Below the pieces are notes generated by a model. It was not told the origin of the DNA. It saw only the letters and a list, made by a program, of their open reading frames with translations, and ran no database searches. Of a stretch of DNA of 64,000 nt, positions 56,831-64,000 are shown one piece after another. The first letter of the stretch is position 1. Each line of letters begins with the position of its first letter. The stretch comes from Leucoraja ocellata (lineage: Eukaryota), in contig JAWMAR010000391.1 of assembly GCA_036785375.1 (NCBI GenBank), positions 992,001 to 1,056,000 on the forward strand. Reading direction: 5' to 3'. The position numbers and the translations under genes are program-made.

Positions 56831-57530
56831 CATTGGTTTAAATATAAGAGGAGAATAGTAAGGATGCAGAGAGAATGGGGGGAAAAAGGTGAATGGAAAT
56901 GATGTGTAAACTCTCAAACCCAAGACAGTTTCTGTGGAAACAGGATCATCACTCTACCAGAAAGCACATCAAATGGCAAACGCTCATGACGTTATCCGAT
57001 GGACACCAGATATATTTTGCACAGTGAATTGATGTAATGAATGAAATACCTGTTCCTCAATCTCTTCAGCTGTAATAACCCTAAAATGGCTAAATCTAGT
57101 ACAAGTGGACGAAGCATTTAAATGAGGGCAATTATATATTTCCTGGGGCTCTTCAACCAACTGCAGCTTCTGCCCCTGTATCTTCTGCAGATGTCCCAGC
57201 TACTCAATCACACGTTGACACTAAAATTACTTTTGATTGCATTCATTTTTAAGACGTGCAAAACTGAAGGGATGTCGTTAATTGAAACCTGTAATGTATT
57301 ATGTAAAATAATTAACATTGACTTTTCAATCCCAGTATTTAACAAAAGTAGATCAGTCAAAATATACAAACATGGAAAAACTGATTTGTAACTTTAAAGA
57401 TGATTTCTTCAATGTAGGAAATTTATATTTTGAATACTGTGGCCTCAAAATATTGCGGGATGTTTAATATTATTTTTCACCGAATATAGGTTTTATATGA
57501 GATGTTAGAGAAGTAATTATATAAGTAATC

Positions 57531-57973
57531 AAAGTTTGCAGAGACTGAAGGTGGGGTATAACCATGCAATGAGAACACTGCTAAGGAGACCTAGATGGTG
57601 TAGTGCTAGTAACATGTTTGTGGCTGCAGGAGTCAGTACTTTAGAAGCTATCCTAAGAAATCATATGTATAAATTCATTTGCAGGATAAATGACTCTAAA
57701 AATGTGCTTATTGTGGCCTTGTCAAACATAAGGGTTAGCACTACACGCTACGAATCCCAACTGTGGAGACACTGGTATCGTTGTCTCGTTGTAGGACATT
57801 GATCATTCTTTTAATCTGGATTTTTAATTCATGTATTGTGGTTTTTTTTGGTTTTTTTAATATATAATTTATGATGCTTTCATAAGTGGACTAAGATTTT
57901 ATATGTACTTTTAATATGCAATGCATTTTTATGTAATGTTGCCCCTTGTCTGGACCTTGAGTCCGTAACAAAG

Positions 57974-58009
<36 letters not shown>

Positions 58010-58016
58010 GTTATTA
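57531..58016 (+). mobile_element. RTEX-like LINE 3' fragment with (TTA)n tail
   Basis: LKVGYNHAMRTLLRRPRWCSASNMFV...LRNHMYKFICRINDSKN matches the recalled RTEX C-terminal pattern. Confidence 0.65.
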
Positions 58017-59129
58017 TCATATCTTCAAATGTTAAGATTTCAGTTCTTTGAATGCAGCATCACCGCTGAAGACAGCTGTTTCCTTTGACTTTCTCACTTT
58101 CTCTGATTTAATTTAGCACTAAACCGCATTCTACCCCACTTGAGTGTGGACAATAAATGTACAATTCTGAAGTGAAGGGGGTGCCAGAACGTATTCAAAA
58201 TAGAATAACATTTATTCTCCTTCAGCCACCTGCCTCTGGAAGGCGCCAGGAAGCAGCGCTGCGTATGGTCACTTAAGGGTACACATCAGTTGTAAAGCTT
58301 GAATGGGTTCTCTTTTAAATTGTGCAGGTTATTGTCCAGCTGCTGTATGTTTTCATTGTTAATTATCAAATGTTAATTAAAAATCCTGAAACTTTGTGCA
58401 GAGTGGTTTCTTACGTTTCCACTTTAATTGTCCAGTCAACTTTGAAGCAGCTCTGCTTGGTTGATTAAGTGGTGTGGCAGGCAGTGTAATTATAACCTGC
58501 GTCTGTGGAAACAGTTGCAATGGAATTTTTCTGTGGGCGGGCGTGAGGGCTTAGTGATGAGGGAATTAGTTCTGGTCACCAGGACAGCAAGACACCACTT
58601 AACTTATGCAGTAACAAAATTAAATTAAAAGAGTCTAAGTTTGATCTGGCTCTTTTTAATCTGTTGTTTTCTTCAGCGTCACCAGAATTTCTGCTAAAAC
58701 AGACATCTGATCCAGTGGAAAATTATAAAAAGTGGAAAATAATTAACATAGGCTTGATGCAGTAAGTTAACACACAGGCTTCTCACCTCTGTGACCTATG
58801 TACCGATCTAGCCTAGCCTGAAGTCACTAAAAGTCTTCTCCCACTACCAGCTGTGGGGTTGCTATCTGAAACAAATTTAACTCAACCCAACGTAGCAATC
58901 CAACTCTGAACGACAATCCAACTTGCTGCTGAGGGAATGACAACAATTTGTAATGACATGTTAAAAGACAAGATATCAAGAGTTGTTTTTTAAATGTGCT
59001 CTAGAAATAAAAGTGACGACTTGATATCAAAAGACACCTTTTTGAATTTTGGATGGAGGCCTGTTGTTGGATCGGGGTGACTTGGAAGTTCCTAATAATG
59101 CTCTTGAAAGCCAAAGATAGAAACATGTC

Positions 59130-59255
59130 GTTTAAGAAGGAACTGCAGATGCTGGAAAATCGAAGGTACACATAAATGCTGGAGAAACTCAGCGGGTGCA
59201 GCAGCATCTATGGAGCGAAGGAAATAGGCAACGTTTCGGGCCGAAGCCCTTCTTC
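59130..59255 (-). mobile_element. Penelope-pLTR single arm
   Basis: Near-identical to the left arm of 45343-45594. Confidence 0.75.
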
Positions 59256-60850
59256 CATTCTTAAGTCACAAGATTTGTTGGACACAAGATTTTATTTACC
59301 TTGCAGACATATTTATATCAATTCCCTCTGGTTATTCTCCTTTGAAGTACTTAGGGTTGTTTTTACTGGTTAAGGATACTACATAAATACAAGTTGTTGC
59401 TGTCTTTTGTGAGGCCGAACGTGGAATGTCGGAGGACATGAGTTTTATGTCAATCCTATAATGTACCTTGTTATATTTTAATCAAAGCTGGGTGCCCATA
59501 AAAAGCTGTGCATTTAAAAGAATCTTTACAGTCTACAAACTTTATCTGATTTTGTTAAAATTTAACTGAGGTCTTGGATTTCAGTATTATCCAATATGCC
59601 TCCAAGCACATCCTTCAGGGGATTTATTGGAATGCCAAACGGTTGGCCAATTTGCTATACCAATTGCATTTCTGTACTGCAATTAGGAGAACACACTAGT
59701 TCTCACTAGTTTTTCGAAAAGATAAACTGGGCATATGCTATGTATCCAATGGTTCCATAAATACAACCATGACATGCCGTGGCTGCCTATCTAGGTATCT
59801 AATGGAAAGTGGGCCATTGGTGGACAATAATGTGCCAATTGAGTACCAGTGAGACTCTTCCCGAAACATTGATTACTTGCAAAATTGGTCTTAAATTGAG
59901 AATTTGATTTAGAGAAGGAGGTGGTATTAACAGGAATTTCTGGCATTCAAGTCAGAAATTCCTGAATACAATCAGCGACCTGGCTGGTGTCAGAAGATGG
60001 TCACAGATAGGACTCCAAATTCATTTTAACAGTGGTCTTGCTGTGTTTCGATTCCTATTATCCTCACAAAAATGTTATGATGTGACTTTACCATTCAAGC
60101 CAGAAAAAAAAGTTATATAGTAAGTAAAATCAATATTTTATTGACTATATTTTATTTAGCATTGAATACGAAGTTCATTTGAATTTCAACATTTTGTGTA
60201 ATGATTTCAATTTTCACTTGATCCAATTAATGATGTAACTAACAAATACAGCTATTATTGATAGTAATATGATGCAATATCATTCAAAATATGTCACGGG
60301 CCACAAGAGTTTCATTCTCCGTGGTTTTATAAGAAACCCATCAGAAAAAAATGTTAATTGAGCAAGTACTAAGATTAAAAAATGTTTAAATGCAAATAAT
60401 CATACATTTATTTTTAATATAACGCAATTTTAAACAGATGTATTCTCAGCACTTAATAAATCCATTGGTGCAGCACAGTAAATAAAAAACTACTAGAATG
60501 CTGAACCAGTCAAGACAAGCTCATGGACTTGCAGGCAGATTATTGGCCTGCTTTGGAAATTGACTTTATGCTGGTTGACAGGGAGAGGAGGGATAATGGG
60601 AGAGTCCTCACATTGGCAGTATCTGACCAGTCATAACCCAAGCATTAATTTTAAGAGACTGGAAGTGTATATAAATGATTTCGATTCTAGATATCTAAGT
60701 CTGCCATGACATAAACATACGAGGCAAGTATAGATGAAAATATTAAATTTCAAAAATACATTAATTGATTAAGTGAATTGACAATTGTAGGAAATGGATT
60801 TAAATAAAAGCCAGTATGAAATCATTCACTCATTCATAAACAAAAGTGAA

Positions 60851-61012
60851 ATAATAAATATAATGAAAATGTACTGGAGATACTGGTTTAAAGCAAAGAT
60901 AAACACAAAATGCTAGGATAACTCAGCAGATCAGGCAGCATCTCTGGAGAAAATGGATAGGTGACGTTTTAGGTCCGGACTTCAGTCTGAAGAAGAGTTC
61001 TGGTCAACTATC
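60851..61012. mobile_element. Penelope-pLTR-derived insertion with a short inverted piece
   Basis: Flanking 16-bp direct repeat CATAAACAAAAGTGAA at 60835 and 61013. Confidence 0.7.
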
Positions 61013-61250
61013 CATAAACAAAAGTGAAGTATTTTCTAAATGATTAAAATGTGGAAATAGTGAAGTTTCAAATATAGATCATTAAAATATTATGACTGGT
61101 CAATGGGAATGAGGTGCAGTTGTAATATGTTCCAGCTATCATGGTTTGATCCTGCATGCCCAGGAATTTGAAGTGTTGACTCCACCATCATCCCATCGAC
61201 ATAGACAGATTTGTGGGTCCTCATCCTTTCTCTTCCAAAGTCCACAATCA

Positions 61251-61413
61251 GTTCGGGTCAAGACCCTTCTTCAGACCAGCTAGTCAGGAGAAGGGTCTCG
61301 AGCCGAAATGTCACCCAATCTTTCTCTCCAGAATTGCTGCCTGTCCTGCTGAGTTACTCCAGCATTTTGTGTCTACCTTTGATTTAAACCGGCATCTGTA
61401 GTTCTTTTCCTAC
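61251..61413. mobile_element. Fold-back Penelope-pLTR element
   Basis: Centre cttcagac-cagcta-gtcaggagaag. Confidence 0.75.
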
Positions 61414-62378
61414 ATCCCTATTACTACCTGGACAACAGAACACTGTGGACCTCTTGCACTACCGTAGATTTGCTTTTCTTCTAATTGTGTTGCACTAACG
61501 CCTCAATTTTTTTTGCTGTCTTTTTTATTCAATCTTGCAGAAATTTATGTATAATTTATATATAATTCGTTTTGATGTTTTTGTCCGAGTCTGTGCTTGT
61601 CGGTGCCTCGACAAACAAGATTTCCGTTGTATCAGTGTTATAATCAAGGATGGGTTTCGGATGATTGTACTGAATGGAGCAAGTTTGAAGGGCTAAATGA
61701 CCTAAATGTGCTCTGACGTTTATATTCCCATGTAGTCATCTTTGGCAACAGTCCTGTTGGCGACTTGGAATTAAATGTGCCACATAGCAAACAGTAGTTG
61801 ATGTTGTTTTTGTCCAGTGATTCATCCTGGAAAATGTGTATCTTAACACTAGGTGAAAACGATATCTAGATCATCTATAATGTCCCCTATGATTTGATAA
61901 ATTGTGAATACTTATCTAATGAGGATTTGAGAGCCAAGGTCTCAGTGGTCAGCCTACACTCTTAAGGTGTGTGTGTGTGTGTTTCCAATATCAATTTTCG
62001 CCTGTCACTAACAATGCATCTCCTGTGGTGCCCCTTCATAAACTGTGAGGCTATGAGTACTATGTCATTAATTGTTGGAAAGAGAATAATTTATTTATGG
62101 CATAAGGCGCTAAAAAATAAAAATGCTGCCACTTGGTTATAGAAAACAAAAACAAAAATCACATGGTTGGTTAATCTGCATCTGTTGGGTAAACAGAGAA
62201 GGACCATTGCGTATCTGAAGCATTCTTCATATGTTCCTTCAATAAATGGTAATAGATTTGCTCTGCATTTCCTGCATGTATATTTGTTCCATTACACTAT
62301 ATATCTTTGGGCTTAAAATAAATTGTAAAAGCAGTAGGGAACACAAAAATAATTATTGGGAAATACTGTAAATTGGAG

Positions 62379-62563
62379 GTACACAAAAATGCTGGAGAAA
62401 CTCAGCGGGTGCAGCAGCATCTATGGAGCGAAGGAAATAGGCAACGTTTCGACCCGAAACGTTGCCTATTTCCTTCGCTCCAGAGATGCTGCCGCACCCG
62501 CTGCGTTTCTCCAGCATTTTTGTCTACCTTCGATTTTCCAGCATCTGCAGTTCCTTCTTAAAC
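62379..62563. mobile_element. Young fold-back Penelope-pLTR element
   Basis: Near-perfect hairpin; 14-bp flanking direct repeat ACTGTAAATTGGAG at 62365 and 62564. Confidence 0.82.
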
Positions 62564-63819
62564 ACTGTAAATTGGAGAATTAGAGCAAGGTTATTTATCA
62601 CAAGGATGTTAGAGGAAATGAACAGGTTTTATAACTGATAAAGGTACTTGATAAACAGATAACATGTGTCTGATAAATTCTAAGATACTTATTAGATCTA
62701 CATAATATATCAGACTGTGACATTGGTTACAATATCAATGTTTGTTTCTTGATTTGATTACTTCCCTTAAACAGAAAACAATCATTGCTTATTCCATGCA
62801 ATGTGTTGGAGGTTCAACCGTGTGAATAGCTTTTATCTCTTGCAAAAACATTTGGTCTATTACTCTGCTGTTTGTGGCATTGGGTCTCTTACTAATAATT
62901 GGATATATATGTCAGAGGATTTGTGAATTTTGTCTGCGATCTGCTATGAAAATGTTGATTTGAACAGCTGAGGAACTGGCATGCTTTGAATGGGCTTGAT
63001 AATTTCCACTTACTTTCTGTTTGAGGACAAGCGTCTGCAGAAATTGGTGAGAAGACAAATCAAGCTAATTTTGCAGTGCTGTAACTTGAGCCTCACTCAA
63101 TGAAGTGGCAGAATCCCTGGAACTCAGAATGCATTCTTCTGCAGGGGCATTTGACCCATTGCGGATTCTTTAAGCCATTGAACACCCGTTTGGAATCTTG
63201 CTTACTTTTGGTAATCAGCAGAAACCTCAGCAGACACATGAAACATTATTACTGGGTTCCACAACTTTGCTGGCTCTGAACCCACACAAAAATGGTTAGA
63301 CAACTTCACCAGGAGGATGCAAGTAGCTGATTTCATAACTATAGTTTCATTTTGAAAGGGGATCAAAGTATTGATTTTTCACCAAAAATGTAGTTAAGTC
63401 TTAATTTTCCGTGCTGAGTTAATTATATTTTAATGAGGTCAGAGAATAAGTATTGCAAGAATTTTTAGCTCAATTCCTTTGCTTACTTACTCTTACTAAG
63501 AGTGGTAACTTATCTGGAGTGAAATTCTCAAAGTGAAAATTCCTTTGTGATTAGCACTAGATTTTCATGACGAAGCACTCTTTCACCCCAAGCTTGAAAG
63601 CCACATGAATGATTTTTCCAACCATTGTCATTGCACAGCAGTCAGGAGTTAAAAACTGCAGAATTGCTATTGTCAATTGTAGGATTCCCATTAATTCTGC
63701 AATTCAAGTCTGCATCCTTCTTTGACTCTTTCCTCTTTGACTTTGACCTGCTACCAATAAAAATCAATGTAAGTTTGAGAAAAGCATCTCATATTCTGAC
63801 TGAAGATAGCAGCAGCACT

Positions 63820-63983
63820 GGCAGCATCTCTGGAGAGAAGGAATGGGTGACATTTCGGATCAAAACTCTTCTTCAGACTAGCTAGTCAGAAGAAGGATCT
63901 TGAGCCGAAATGTCACCCAATCCTTCTCTCCAGAGATGCAGCCTGTCCTGCTGAGTTACTCCAGAATTTTGTGTCTATCTTCT
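63820..63983. mobile_element. Fold-back Penelope-pLTR element
   Basis: Centre cttcagac-tagcta-gtcagaagaag. Confidence 0.75.
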
Positions 63984-64000
63984 AAATTCTAGCGAGTACA

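Noticed and set aside
43500-64000. Exons of the expected neighbour PRTG
   Set aside because: No signal-peptide or Ig/FN3 exon and no CpG-island promoter was recognised.

Overview
Vertebrate genomic DNA, most likely a cartilaginous fish (skate/ray-type repeat landscape: HE1-like V-SINEs, HER1/CR1 LINEs, Penelope pLTRs). The + strand carries the last 24 coding exons (12157-41038; 2421 nt, 806 aa plus stop) of NEDD4, a C2-WW1-4-HECT E3 ubiquitin ligase. All exon phases join into one open frame. The 5' exons lie upstream of the window. One intron has a GC donor, and a repeat-free 3' UTR of about 2 kb follows the stop. The introns and the ~21 kb downstream region contain CR1, Rex1/Babar-like, RTE and RTEX-like LINE fragments, SINEs, two Harbinger-type MITEs, one solo LTR, Penelope remnants and a 210-N gap. 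Three observations stand out. (1) A dense family of tiny fold-back Penelope-pLTR insertions carries hammerhead-ribozyme-like cores and long flanking direct repeats. (2) A near-identical inverted CR1 pair brackets a 468-nt, phase-0, stop-free WW2-WW3 exon block. (3) One SINE head occurs with two different tails. Family names and human comparisons come from recalled motifs, not database searches.
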